Shown here: piece after piece, positions 12,758-26,446 of the stretch
How the letters are laid out: each line of letters opens with the position of its first letter
How positions within the stretch are numbered: the first letter of the stretch is position 1
From: Diadema antillarum
Lineage: Eukaryota
NCBI RefSeq assembly: GCF_040938485.1
Contig: NW_027270997.1
Coordinates: 496,001-560,000, forward strand
Direction: 5' to 3'
Length of the DNA: 64,000 nt
Notes under the pieces: generated by a model
Told to the model about the DNA's origin: nothing
Seen by the model: the letters and a program-made list of their open reading frames with translations, nothing else
Databases searched by the model: none
Position numbers and translations under genes: made by a program

Positions 12758-15700
12758 TTAATAATAACTATAGTCACCACCATTTCTCAACAATCCGGGC
12801 ATCATCACTTGGCCCAACAACGGATGCATTCAGTGGGGCGATAATCGTAACGATTCGATTTATTGATCATAATCAGTTCAGTGGAGAAACTCTTGATCAT
12901 AATTATTATCATACACTTCTATACATGCATGACATGGCGAAGCATGGCATGGCCTATTCGTACTGATTACAATTAACGAACTCGGTATTCTGGATCTTGC
13001 AACCAATTTCTACTTGTCTCCTTTGATACGTGTCACAATATAGCCCTTTTTGCATACCAATGAACTCTATGAGTTGGCTTCTATGATTTCATAATCCACC
13101 TGTCCATTCACGGGTCAGAAATTTGTAAAATACATCACAGATAATTATAGACTGTCTCCTTTTGAAAAGTCCCTACCAGAAGGCCCGTTTCACACACATT
13201 ATATAACTCACTGGCCTAAAGCAGATTAGAATCCTGATTCCTGATAAAACACTGGTTCGTCTTTGGATCAATATGCATCTTGCATACATCAAAAAAGTGC
13301 AGTTTGGGATGTATGCACAACCATACAACTTGTCTATAAATACCTAACCAAATAATGCTTTGCATACCATGTTTGTCTGATTCTAAACGTACGTAATTAT
13401 TTAGACAGAGACATATCATCCCAGAAAGTCCTGTGCATCGTCAAATCTCGCTGCTAAGCTAAACCAAATACATTGAGTGCATATCTTTATCCCCACAAAA
13501 ATTGCATTATGCTCTATACGGTCAAAATTGACAATTACACAAGCATTTCGTCAATGCCATGTGAACATAATTCCAGCAAAACCTGTGACTACATGTAACA
13601 TGGCATTTGCGTCTGTGAACCATGCTGAATGAATGAGTTAAATAGATAAAGAGTAACTGTGAATAGCGTCCACAGAGATATTCCCTGCTTGGGATGCACA
13701 CCCGACTACTTACAAATAAAATGTAACACACAGTAACTGAATGGCAAGCTTTAACAGATAACAAAACCAACAACAAATGATAATCGTGAGTATTCATATG
13801 TTCATGTATATTGCACTACGAAACGAACAATGAGTTATGTCTTTGTGATGTACACCAAGGTCTAGCCTACACCTCTGATCATCATTTTGTGCATCAAACA
13901 AGACGGAGGAAGGTAACATAAACACACACACACACAAAGAAAAAAACAAAAACATTATTCTTCTACCACTTTTGAAATACAGGAGATTACTCTGGTTCTG
14001 ATGAAACAAAACTGTCAAAAAAAGCACCTTTTGTGTTTATACTCTGAGCTTTACATTAAAAATCGACCTTCTCTTTGAACATCCATAATGCCCTGATTAT
14101 TGTGAGGGTATAATCACCATCTTCGGCACTCTTGTTCAAAGACACTTGTATAAAAGACAACAGAATCTAGTCTGCTCTTGTTCTGTACTTATTGCTACTC
14201 GACACGCTTCCATTCACCGCTTCATTCTTGCAATGAACAGAATATAGTACAAATTTAGCAAAGACAAAGAAAAATAGAAGAAATGATTGCACTAGTGTTA
14301 CAATGCTTGCATGCAAGTTATCCTCAACCACAAACATGTATAAGATTAAAATAACAAAAATTTACTGATGCTACTGGGATATTAACGCTAATGAAGGAAA
14401 AGGGTGGTTAGTCCATTTTTATTTGTCACTTTAAATTTCTAACTTCATGTGACATTTACCACTGCCTGTATCAGGAAGTGAAACAAGACTTGATGATTAT
14501 CAATCATGATTATCAATTCTAAAACATAACATCATTCTCACCTTTATTTCAAGCTCTTATTAGAAAGCATCCCTGCTTCTGTAAGGGAGTGAATCAGAAG
14601 TTGATGACCATCCATCACTGAATTTAAAGATTTGATGTCAAGACCTTGGGTGACGGCAACTGAAATCATTATTTACCAAGTTTGGGTTGCCCCATGTCTC
14701 ATTCAAATCTAATAGAAATATGAGAAAGCCACATTCACATGGCTGCACAAGAGAGGAAAGCTATGTCTTTCACTCTGCAATGACAGCGATTTCATTTTCC
14801 GCACAAATTAATCTAGTCTTATCTCAAAGAGTGTGAAAAGTGCCAATGATTAATTCTTCTTGGCATGCTAGAGCAATTATTACTGATTTTGTTGCATTTC
14901 TTGCATTTTGTTTTTACATCTATCCAACTTGCATACTTCGTATATCAAAACTGAAGTGCATAGAACAAATATCAAAATTCCAAGCAAGTACACTTCTGAT
15001 AGGCCCATTTCTGGGAAAGGGGAGGGGAATTTCACAAAAAATGGGACTTAAGAATGTCTTTCCCAAAACTTATGTTGTCATCTTAAAATTTGGAAGTAAC
15101 TTTGAGAGGCACCAACATGATTTTTTTTTTTCTTTGTGACAAAACCACAAGGAGAATCTGGCGTGAGTTGCAGCAACCAGTTTATATGTTTGTGTGCTAA
15201 CCCTTCTACTTCCTGAACTCTCATGGGTCTCTTACAACACCTATAGGAATTTTTGGAGTCTTAATTGAAAAGGGTTAATGGCAATAAAAGAGACAATAAA
15301 AGCAAACTCCAGAAAGGATAATATATATTTGGATGGACTTACAAGTTAGCATATATGTCTACAGCATGCAGCACCAAGTATATTCTGAACTGTTCATCGG
15401 GATTCCATAGAACATGTTATTCTATAAATCAACAAAGTCCTTTAAACCTTTTTAAAGTTGTTGTTGAGGGGAAAATTCTGATAAGAAAGGCATCAGTTTG
15501 CTAGGCTGGGTATTGTGAAAAAAAAATCACAATTTTAATTTCTTAAAGAAGCCTTGCAAATAATAAGTTACTACCTCAGAAATATTCATATATCTGTTTT
15601 CCAAGAATAGCTTAGTCTTTTGTTGTACTCAACATCTGCATGCATTAGTCTCCGAGATGAAAAATATGACTATGATCTTAACATAGATAGATCTCACTCG

Positions 15701-16740
15701 AAATAGATTATAAACAATCTAAACTCTATCAAATACATCATTCAAATATAAATTACAATTATGATTGAATCACACAAGTATTTACATACATGCATTGCTT
15801 AGGCTCTCTTTAAATCCCTCTACATTTCATAATTCAAAATTCACAAATATCCGCTAATGCTGTCTGACAAATATAATATTTCTCTTCTCTTCAATGAAGA
15901 AAATGGAGTCATCCATGCAAGTCTGTTGTTTTTTGTGGTTTTCTATTCTTACATATATCCTGCTTCATTCATAACTGTATCTAACAATCCAAGCATGTAC
16001 TTCACGTCCGTACAATGCATTCTTCTCGATGAGTTGTAAACTATTTACAATTCATTCTTCCTGAACAACATCTAAAATTCTGCTGTAGTACTGTTTACTT
16101 AATAGTGTAAGGTATATTTTCTGCATCTCATATCAATTTCTAGCTAGGATCATGTGAGCCTTTTCCTTTTACAATATGGCAGTAAAGAAAAATCCACATA
16201 ATTTGAATTTTATTTCTCAAAACTTGTAAAAATCCATTTAACATTTGAAGTCTTGTTGCAGCCCATAAAAAGCCATCCCCCTGTTATCTAGGATACTCAA
16301 TCACAATTTTGTTTGTTATACCAAACACCATCAAACAGAGATAGAGAAAAACGAAGTCAAGACATCTTTATTTCTCAAAAATAAAATTTTTGAACTGTAA
16401 TAGGTTTCAATTTATATAGATATGAATATCCAAATGCCCTTTAAATGTCATATATGTGCTTGCAAGTAAGACCAAAATGACATAAAGTATGTTCCTTCAA
16501 AAAATGAAACACATAATCTAACTCCCGTTTTAAAAAAACGACAAAACAAACAAACCCAACATTATTATCAAGACGCGCTTTAATGATAAACATTGATTGA
16601 TTGGTAGTGACAATCTAGAGGCGTAACCAAAGAGTAGGTGGGATTAGAAAACACAGAGAAGTAACTCTCTGCCTATAATACCCCATGCCGTGTCACATCG
16701 TCAGAATATCTGATACATCAAAGACTTAGATCTAAGATTC

Positions 16741-16873
16741 TTAAGACGGATGCAGCTTGTTCAGGTGGCGGTAGAGGGATTGTACATAGGTAAAGACACA
16801 CTTCCAGTCTGGGTTGTTCTTCATCATGATCATATCATCCGTATCCAGCAACGGCATGATGTCTGCCTCGGAC
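16741..16873 (-). CDS. SMTN: Smoothelin-like terminal coding exon (ESEADIMPLLDTDDMIMMKNNPDWKCVFTYVQSLYRHLNKLHPS*)
   Basis: cccctgtttgaag|G TCC...TCT TAA, 133 nt. PDWKCVFTYVQSLY is the characteristic smoothelin CH C-terminus. Confidence 0.95.
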
Positions 16874-17339
16874 CTTCAAACAGGGGAGGGGAAGGGTGGA
16901 GAAGGGAGGGTGAAAACTGAGTTAATCACTTTATATAAGAACAAATGATGTCATCAGTTCATTTGTTTCTTTATTTGTCAAATTTCCATTTTCTCGATGC
17001 AATGAAAAAAAAAAATTGGGGCACTCAATTACTTGTTACTACACTGCACTCCAGTTGTAATGATAAAGGTTACAATGAAACTCTCGATATGACGAAGTAA
17101 AAATCGTATATCTTTATATACTTTTTGTTCAGCTGTAAAGAAATTTTGATGTAACAAAAGAATACTACTGGTCCCAAGGACTTTACAAACTTTACAGCCC
17201 AATGGAAGCTAGCACCAATGATGTTTCACAAATTATTTACATGACACCCAAATATATATGAGGATTGAGTAAATGTAGCAATATGAGTAAAACACATCAG
17301 CAAACACATTGACGTTCTGCAAGATGTATCGCTATCGCG

Positions 17340-18052
17340 AAAAGCTATCGCCGCGACGTTTCATGACTTTTTTCTTTCAAGTGTCCCGCATCTTTTGACA
17401 CCAAATTTGCCATGCCTGGCGCGCGGTTCCGAAGTTGCGCATAAATATGTACGTGCATGTCAGACCAAAAATTGCTCAAAAACGTGAATTCATGTACAAT
17501 TTCAATGCAAACTGTGCTTACAGGCAAATTTCATAAAAGCATGATTATTTTGGTGTTTTATTGATTAAAATCAATTAATAACATATTTTCTTGTTCGGAA
17601 CAATGTCGCCGACAAATTTCATTGAAAAAACAATGAAAAACATAAAGTAAAAAAACAGAGAAATACATAAGAAATTCAAAAAACAATAAAATACTTAGGA
17701 AATTTTTTCTGATGGCACAATTTTTTTCCCTTACATTTGCTAAGGACACTAAAAAGAATATTTACACAAAAAATGTGCCTGTTTTGAGCTTTATTTAGTG
17801 ATTTACACCAAATTGTCTGATTTCATGCATCATTATGCATAAATTAGCATAACTACTATATAATGCATAAATTACCATAATTTAGCACAAATGACAACTT
17901 ACAAAAAAATTAACTTCATGGTACTTTAGATTACGTCATAGGCAATGTGTGTGCCAATTTTCGTCTCGATAGCGCGGTCAACGGCCGAGATCTGGAGGGG
18001 GGGCCTCCAGCCATAATAACTTCATAAATAATCCCAGCCTATGCAATGGTAA
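17340..18052. mobile_element. Dispersed repeat / DNA-transposon fragment within the last smoothelin intron
   Basis: CpG-containing sub-terminal segments and an end (aataatcccagcctatgcaatggtaa) resembling a common marine-invertebrate non-autonomous element. Boundaries approximate; family not assigned. Confidence 0.45.
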
Positions 18053-18080
18053 AGCTAAATTCTCCTTCCATGGTACTCAC

Positions 18081-18232
18081 TCTGCCGTGTTAAACGCCAG
18101 ATCAAAGTTGCGTCTCCTCTGCTTTGGATCCAGGGTGTTGAAGTCGAAGGAATCCGGGTAGAAATGGTGGATCACGGCACAGAACGCGAGTCCATTAGCC
18201 CACGATGAGGAGAAGTTGGTCACATTTACTCC
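18081..18232 (-). CDS. SMTN: Smoothelin-like exon 7, CH domain core (GVNVTNFSSSWANGLAFCAVIHHFYPDSFDFNTLDPKQRRRNFDLAFNTA)
   Basis: tttttcag|GGA...GCA GA|gtgagt, 152 nt, phase 0 to 2. Classic type-2 CH motifs NFSSSW.NGLAFCA and NF.LAF. Confidence 0.95.
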
Positions 18233-19289
18233 CTGAAAAAAAAGAAGATTTCATTGTTGAAATAAAAAAAAAAGTCATAAAAGTACAAATATAGGTGTAA
18301 CTTTACAAAAAGGCACATCCAAGACACATTTGTCTGTATATTTAGCATCCCCACACTAACCAAACTCCTCAACCCAACAAACTGTTCTGAAATTCAGCTT
18401 GCAGCTCATGCTTATCCATTACCTCTCGCTGAACCACAACTTGAGGAAACTATATGAGAAAGATTGTTTCTTTTTATTCATAAGTGCAACTCCTCTCTAC
18501 GTTCAATATCATTTGCTTTCATAAATAAGGCAAAATCAAACAGACAGAGTGGTAAATGTTTCATTAACATTCAACACGAAATTTTGAAAAAAATAGTTTG
18601 GGGACATCAAAAGTTCACATGTTTTCATAAAATAGCGATGGTAATTACAGCCTCATATGAAAGTTGGCTGAAGTGATTGATGATGTCACTACCACACAAG
18701 TGTCCTATATACCTGCAAACAATTCCTAACTCGATGACTATTTTGGGACAGAGGCAGTACTTTTTAAATCAAACACCAAAGGACAGCTTTGCATGCAAAG
18801 CTGTGAGAGAGTTGCAAAATTCCACCTTTCTGTTAGTATGATTCCATTTCATCTATTTCCAAGTCCCTTTGAACATAAGAGAATTCGCCCTTCGAGTAAT
18901 TCACTCGAATCAATGATCCTTGATGGAGAGAACAGGAGTATTAAACAAAAAGCCTGGTGGTCAAAAGAGATAAAGTATTCAATTTCACAGATCTGTCACA
19001 TTTGTTCAACTTTTAATTATCATTCCAAAATACTTCATAAATGGAGAGAGATCTCTTTCCAGAAGAATCATCCTTTTTTTTTTGTACTGCGACTCCAACC
19101 CTAAGCATCTCTTGAACGGAAGATTCTCCCACCCAGCAGACAAGAAACTGGTGATCACCGTAACATGCAGTCAATAATGAGAACGAAGTGCACATCACAA
19201 GTGTGAAGCAGTTGAGGTCCTTGCAGCTGAGGTCCAAGGGTCACTATCTGGCCCTGGAAGCTCTTGGGTCACATATGCTCTATGGGGCC

Positions 19290-19672
19290 TTATTTATCTC
19301 CGCCAAGGAAGGAGGTTAAGTGATCATTGGCGTTGGTTTGTCTGTTTGCAAAATAACTTAAAAAGTTGTAAAAGGATTTCAATGAAACTTGCAGGAAAAG
19401 GCAATATGACACTAGGAACAGACTATCAAATTTTGGTAGTGATCCGGGAATTTTTATGGTTTTTTTGAAGGATTTTGGATCTTTTGGCATATAAGGTCAA
19501 TGAACTTGGGAGTTTTAGCTATGAGTTCTGGAGGTTTACATACAAGCACTAAAGCGTGTGCTCTGCTGATGACGTAAACAAATGGCCTCTATATTGGGAA
19601 ATTGCATGCATGTTTTGTGGAAATGAGTTGCTGGCTTGGCGGAGGTCTGCGCTCTCCGAGTGCTTTTCTAGT
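19290..19672 (+). mobile_element. Helentron-associated (HINE/DINE-1-like) non-autonomous element
   Basis: Sub-terminal inverted repeats ctccgccaag (19298) and cttggcggag (19635), a 3' stem-loop gcgctctccgagtgc, then ttttCTAG, in T-rich flanks. Similar elements are sometimes classed as Crypton-like. Confidence 0.6.
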
Positions 19673-19917
19673 TTTGACATTCAATGTTTGGATATTTTGT
19701 CATGAATTAATTCACGACAAAACTGAAGCTGGATTGGAGAAATCTAAATTCCAAGTGGAGACACACAGCTAGAGCTGGAAAAATAAAAACTGGAATGGGA
19801 GAATGGGAGATTTTGCAAAAATGGCCTTACAACAAGAAGAGATCTCCCGCCAAAAGTGGGAGAGTTGGAATCTCTGTGTGTACTGACGGGGGAACCACAC
19901 CCTCCTCCCACACTCAC

Positions 19918-20131
19918 CGGATACCCCCTCGTGACTTTCTGCGCCCACTCCAGCAGCTTCTGCTTGATGGTTTGGGCATTGTTGACCCTCATGCCACCTC
20001 CACCTCCCGCTCCTCCACCACCACCACCACCACCACCGCCTCCGCTGCCACCAAACTTGTTCATCAGCGCCGCCTTCCGGTTCTTGGCCTCCTCCTCCTG
20101 CTTCTTCTTCCGCTCGTACTCCTGCTTCTTC
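19918..20131 (-). CDS. SMTN: Smoothelin-like exon 6 (RKKQEYERKKKQEEEAKNRKAALMNKF-polyGly-MRVNNAQTIKQKLLEWAQKVTRGYP)
   Basis: ctccatctcgcag|G...CCG|gtgagt, 214 nt, phase 2 to 0. Contains the start of the CH domain (IKQKLLEW). Confidence 0.92.
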
Positions 20132-20537
20132 CTGCGAGATGGAGATGGAGATGATGAGGGGATGATTCAAAATGATTGAAGTTCCTGTCCCCCTCTCTCA
20201 AATTGGCAACATTTTGCAAATTTTCTTTCTGATTTTGTGCAGATTCTAATGAATTTAACCAGTTTCGACTAACCTTTTCCAAGGAGATGCTGACAAGCGA
20301 TACAAGCAGATAGGAAAGCAAATATGTTTGTGAAAGAAAACTAACAGAAGTATGCTCAGCAATTACAGCTTGCTGAGCTTAGTTTCTATTAGTTCTCTTT
20401 CATAAACACATTTGCTCTCCTATATCTAAAAAAAATCTTGTCAGCATCTAGTCAGAACAAATTCAGAGCTGCCAATTTTTGAATGACAAGATGATAATTT
20501 TTTCAGCAAAAATCCCTCATGGGGCTCAATGGGTTAA

Positions 20538-20634
20538 CCGATTGAGGATGAGCAGATTTTGCTATAGCATGCAATTCCCATAGACACCTGCCCAAGTAGC
20601 TACATTGTCAACTTGGGACTAGTCTTCAATGGGG
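20538..20634. mobile_element. Third, more diverged copy of the short piggyBac-like MITE
   Basis: ttaa|ccgattgaggatg...gattttgctatagcatgcaattcccatagacacctgccc...gggactagtcttcaatgggg. Confidence 0.6.
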
Positions 20635-21032
20635 TAAAGGTCCTGTTAACCTTTGTGAACAGTGATTTAAACATTTTTCAAAATATGACATTTATTGCAT
20701 ATGTGTAGGTCTGTTGTACCACAAAACATGCTATCCTGTAAATTTTTGCAATAAAGCCTGAAATATAAGGAGATATCTGTATTTTTCTCAATAAATCGTA
20801 ACTGTAGACGGTTTAGCGTGGAAAGATTTTTATTACAACTATTGTTCACATTTTGTATAATTAACAATACTTAACATCGATTTTACAGATTCAAAACTTT
20901 ACAGTGGTTGTTTCTATCCCTAACTCACATTTTAGAACTATTTTAAAGCAGTAATGCTGGGTTTTTGTTTCATCTGCAAATGGTAAATTATGCCTAACGA
21001 AAGTGTTGGGGGAGGATGCCCACAAGACTCAC

Positions 21033-21132
21033 CTCAACATTTGCTGCTCCTTGAATTTGATTTCATCTTGTTTCCTCTTCTCCTCCCTCTCCTTCTTCTT
21101 CTTCTCCATCTCCTCATCAAACTTGGTTTTGG
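21033..21132 (-). CDS. SMTN: Smoothelin-like exon 5 (PKTKFDEEMEKKKKEREEKRKQDEIKFKEQQML)
   Basis: tatctgcag|CC...TTG AG|gtgagt, 100 nt, phase 1 to 2. Lys/Glu coiled coil. Confidence 0.85.
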
Positions 21133-23114
21133 CTGCAGATATCATGAGCAACAGAGAGTGGCAGAAAGCCATGTCAGCATTTTCCTTCACGTATAAAAAT
21201 GGCGAGGTGTGCATCTATCACATGTCAAGCAAATAAGCCAAAAAAAAAAAGGCCCAAAACTACATGTACTTGTGGCAAACTGCACACCATTCTAAACATG
21301 CAACTACAACATACCACTGTATTTGCACCTCCTGCAAACTTTTGAGTGGTTGCATTCACAGAACTCAAAATCTATCTAGAAATAAGCCTTTATTTGCAAA
21401 GTACTGATGGCTTTTTACTAGATAATAGTGTCCCCTTATAAAGCACTGAAGTCCGTCAAAAATGATGCTCTTGGCACTGTAATACATAACCAACATGAAC
21501 TATATGAAAGATATGAAGAGATGGGTACAGGTGCACAGTACAAAGATTGTGCTTTCCTGAATCTACTGGGTTCCACTCTTAATGACTGTGATGTACTATC
21601 TCATTTGTGTCTGAATGTCGGCCATTACATTGCCACATTCGATATCATAGTTTCCATTACTATCAGTTTAAATACATCTAAGTCTGCATGAATGTATCTA
21701 CACCATGCAGCTGTTTCAGTTTCCAATAACTGGTTTGGAAAGTCTTGGTTTGATTAGGTTTTCAAACTTTTCAAACATTTTAATACTTAGACTTTCAGGT
21801 TCCCCAAAAGCCAGAAACATTTCCAATGCCTTAATGTCCAATGCATTGAACACTATACAGCCATGGGCATTGTTGCTGATAATATCTTTTTTAAAAATTT
21901 TTTTGGCAGGTATTCCTCCAATCTTGCTCGGAAATTAAATGCCCATTGTCGAGAAATTTTCTGAAAACCAAACTCACAGAAAACAAACTCCTTTGCCCTT
22001 TGTTTCGGAGCCAACAACTCCAGATGTAAAACAAAAACTGCGAATCAGAGTGACAACTTCCAAAGTCCTTTAAAAATCACACAAAATTTCATGATGAACT
22101 TCAGAGAGTTTGTGGTAAGTTTTCTAATATTGGTTATAGATGAAAGTATTTCAACAAGTTGAACACCCTAACATTCAAACATATCAACTTAGAGTGAGAT
22201 ATAGAAACTTGGCCTAATGAAAAAGATGATTCTCTCTATCTATAGAGATGTTTACAGAACTATTGCTCATAATTATTAAAGTTGGCAAATTAGGACGGGA
22301 ATTCTACAACTATATGAGCAGTATCTTGTACCTTACAATAGAAATCAATGACATTTCTAATTAGCAAATTTTATTGAGAAGAGAATTAAGACTTAACCAT
22401 TCAAAACATGTGTAATCAGTATGCATTCTATCATTTCTTAGAGCAGTAGGTTTGTGCAGTGACAAATAACCCAAAGTGACGATATAATGATGACTTGAAA
22501 CGTTAACACAATACCTTCTACGATGCGATGCATACGTGTACAACAAATGAGTATGGAATCTAGCTATAGAAATGTATCTACTTCATGATATGGACTGAGT
22601 CACAGAACAATGATGGATATTACAGGCAACTTCATGTGTGAGCATGAAATGTCTTCACTAAATTGGTCATAGGTGAAAATGAACCACATAGCTATCTCTG
22701 GATGGTGTTCATGAGCACATGCTATTCACACATGATTTGTGTCTCATCCCACTAGCATATCATTATAAAGTCTTTCAGTTATCAGTTAGAATTATCACCT
22801 CCTGGTCGATATCTCTGTTAATTGCCATGGTTCTCATGTAATTTGACCTACTCCAAATAACATATTATCTACATGAGTTCATGCATTCTGCACAAAATAC
22901 AAGCACTTGTCATCAATATCACTATCTCTAGCTTTTCCTTTGGCTATATATCTATCTCATGTCTGTGGCATTTATCTACGTGCTGCATTATGGTTTATAA
23001 ATTACTTCAAAAATACGTTCCATCTTCAAACCAATCTTCATTCCCTATATTTCATTCAAAGCAACAAAACAAGCAAATCCAATTCATCAGCTGACCCATA
23101 TGCACTATCAGTAA

Positions 23115-23386
23115 GGGCTACATCACATTAGAGTGTATCGAGCCAAGAAATGCCCAATGAATTAGAAAATTTGAAGATAATTTGCCTCCGTTGCTGATAC
23201 TAGAATAGTTTGTAACATGCTTGACGTTCTTCATAGTCATCAGCTACTCATAGGGATTCACAGAGATATGCTGGAGCCAATTTCTTATTTTTGACATGTT
23301 CCCCCCAAAAAATATGCAAATATATCTTCAAAATTTTGAATTCGTTGGGCAATCGTTGGTTTGATATGCTCTAGTGTGATGCAGCC
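23115..23386. mobile_element. PIF/Harbinger-like MITE with long TIRs
   Basis: taa|gggctacatcacattagagtgtatcgagccaag... / ...ttggtttgatatgctctagtgtgatgcagcc|tta. About 60-bp imperfect TIR with TAA/TTA flanks. Confidence 0.6.
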
Positions 23387-23857
23387 TTAATTTTACAAAC
23401 ACTTCTGATCAAAAGCCTCATTCTCCTAGTCCACCCTTGCACATAACAAATGCAAAGCTTTTCTTTTTATGATGCAGATGACAGATTCTCATCAAATCAG
23501 TCTGATTTTGCCAGTGCAAAAAAAGATAATAAAAAGGAAATAAAGATCAGCATCAATTCAAATATTTCCATTTCATGCAAATACCTAGACTAGGATAAAT
23601 GCTTTGGAATTCCTAACTTCACACCCTTTGCACGTGATAACATAGCTTATCTTATAATACATATGACTCTGTAGCTATCAAATAATGATATTCATCCAGT
23701 TTCATAAAAGGCTAAAGGCCTTTTTCAGACCTAGAGTAAGGCCATGGATGCTATATTATATGTCTGCATTCATGCTGAAAATACTAAAATATGTGGTTTG
23801 TTTGTTTGTTGTTTGTCATCGTACTTTATTCTACTTCAGTGCTGATCTACTCTATTT

Positions 23858-24252
23858 ATCTGCAAAAGTAATTGGGGAGAATAATAGTGTGATTGCATCG
23901 AAAAAGTAGGCCTATATTTCTAAGCATCTGGGTAACATTAGAAGCAACTAAACTGTACATATTGTAGGTGTGCCTTGATATATGCAAGAAAAAGAAAATG
24001 ATACACAGTCTAGGAACATATTGAGCAAACACTTGAACAGAATGAACAACTTGTCTCTTGCTTATGATCTGCAGTAAATATTGGGGAGAACAAGGGCGTG
24101 ATTCCACTCTGAGAAAGTATATTTCTAAGCACCTGGATGACACTAAAAGCAACTAAATTGTGCCCTGGTATATGCAAGAAAATAATATCTGACATCCACA
24201 TACATACTGAGCAAATACTCCAACAGACTGAACAACGTAGCTCTTGCTTATG
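23858..24252. repeat. Diverged tandem duplication, ~200-210 bp x2
   Basis: Units start atctgca...attggggagaa at 23858 and 24067. They share tatatttctaagca, agcaactaaa, tatatgcaagaaaa and ctcttgcttatg. Confidence 0.8.
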
Positions 24253-26291
24253 TGTGGAATATACATCTAGACTTTGCTTGCTAAAGTGTAACATAGAGCT
24301 CTGATGTGAAACAGACTACTCAGTATTGCTTGTGGGTGATTCTACGGAAGATTGCACAAAGCATTGTTTACATTGACCCATGAAGCTCAAGAAACCACAT
24401 TTCTTTGTGGTGATGCTGACATTTTCAATCTTAATTTTAATAATTAATTAGGCCTACTAGTATTTTGCAATATACAATGAAGATGTATTTATTTATTCAT
24501 TTATAATCATTATTATTATTATTATTATTATTATTGCATTTGAGCCCTATTGTAGTCATGTAGAGTATTAAAGTGTGATGCCACAGCCATTCATTACCAT
24601 AGAAACTGGTTTGAAACAACCTCATTTGGCCTAAAAGTTCATGTGTGCACCTGGTTCAAACCAAAACTATAACAAAAGACTGTGACATCATCACTTCGGT
24701 ATACTCTATACAGTTATTAACTTTGGTTACAGACTCATCAAAAGCCTCTAGATCATCTACAACAGTCAGGTCATTAAATTGGCAACATGATTTACAATTG
24801 TAGAGTATAAAAGTGAATGATCAATCTCAAATTGGCAAGCGATTCACATTTTTTTTTACTGATTTAGTGTAGATGTAAAAAAATACAAGGAATAAACCAA
24901 CTCCATGTAATCTTTTCCTAATTATTATAAGATATAAGGTAAAATTGAGAATTACCACTCAAATTAGGACAAAATAACGATTTCAGCATCAAAATTATCC
25001 CTGAACTTCATGGGTTAATGGAGGGACGAAAGCTACATCCTTGTCAGCTTTCTATGTATCTATGCAATGATAAAAATTGTGCTCTACCTCACCAGAGATT
25101 CTCACTTTCATTGACCGAATACATTGCAAATTTTGCGTACCACAAGAATCCACCCGTTCAGAGCAAATCACAGCCCCGGTATGGTTTTTTTGATGGCAAA
25201 ATATTTCAGAGAAATTGGTGATTTTCACCTGAAAAGTTCCTTGCAAAACTTTCCACAATATTGAACCTATGCTGTACATAAATATCAAATGCAACAGAGA
25301 AAGGCTGGTGAGGGCCGCATATCCAAAATATCACAAACACATAAAGAGTGTTGGTAGATAGATACAAGGAGGATAATTATCGTAATTATTATAATGGGGG
25401 GGGGGGGGGCTTCATGGAAACATCCACATCAGTGTAGGAATCATTTGATATCTCTCCTGATGCAATTTCTTTATGTCACCTTTGTTTTCTAATATATAAT
25501 TTTGAAATGAAATAAAATGCCTTTGTATTTGCCATTTTACCAAAAACTACACTGGAGCTTTCAATCTTGTGATGTGAAAATTGCAACAGTCCATGAAATG
25601 ACTGTTTGACCTTACATGCAATTTGAGCCATATAGCTGAATGAACAGAGCAACAATTTCAGGAAAAAAAAGAGAACTTTTTCGAGGCATATCATAGTCGT
25701 GCACTTTGCAAGCTTGATTTAGCAAATTGAGAAAACACATTCGTCTTAAGAAAGGTATGTGGCCAAACTGTCTAGTCATGTTATTTTCGGGTTTTTTCAT
25801 GTCACACACAATTTCAATGGATGGACATGCCTCATAAAAACAATTTGTTTTTCAATGCTTAACTTGTCTTACAATTGAAAATATATCAAGATTTTACAAT
25901 ACTTTCTTATGAGAAAGTTTCCACAATGCAAATTATTTCGTATTTACTGTAAATCTCCATGCAAAATGCAATGCCATTCAAGCAACCTTATTTTTTTTCT
26001 TTTTTTTAATCATCCATCAAAAAATTATCAGGCAATAACAACCAGAGAACAATGTTATGCATACAACCATTCATCCATCACCAATAGGCAAGAACATACA
26101 TTACACTAAGAAGCTCTTTAATGGTGAAACGTAACGTACGCATCCACATTTTCAAACGCAAACTATAACTAAAGTCATTCTTTAAGAGGTAGTGGCCGTC
26201 ACTTGAAAGAGTAGATAATGGGGATGGAGTGCGTAAAAACAAAAAAGAAATATCAAAGTTTTGGGTAATGGTGATAGTGGATATGATCTAA

Positions 26292-26446
26292 GGCCCATTG
26301 CACAAAAGATTCACTGTAACAGTTTCATTATAGTTTTAAACACATGCCGTAGTTACACAGGGCAATGACCTCATTTCCTACATGTTACATCAGTAGGTGC
26401 ATCTACTTATGGCACGTAGTTATGGTCTTTAATGCAATGGGGCCCC
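26292..26446. mobile_element. Short Harbinger-like MITE
   Basis: taa|ggcccattgca ... tgcaatggggcccc|ta. Confidence 0.45.

Noticed and set aside
19769-20179. Overlapping ORFs with poly-Pro, poly-Thr or poly-Trp
   Set aside because: They are alternative or antisense frames of the smoothelin poly-Gly exon.
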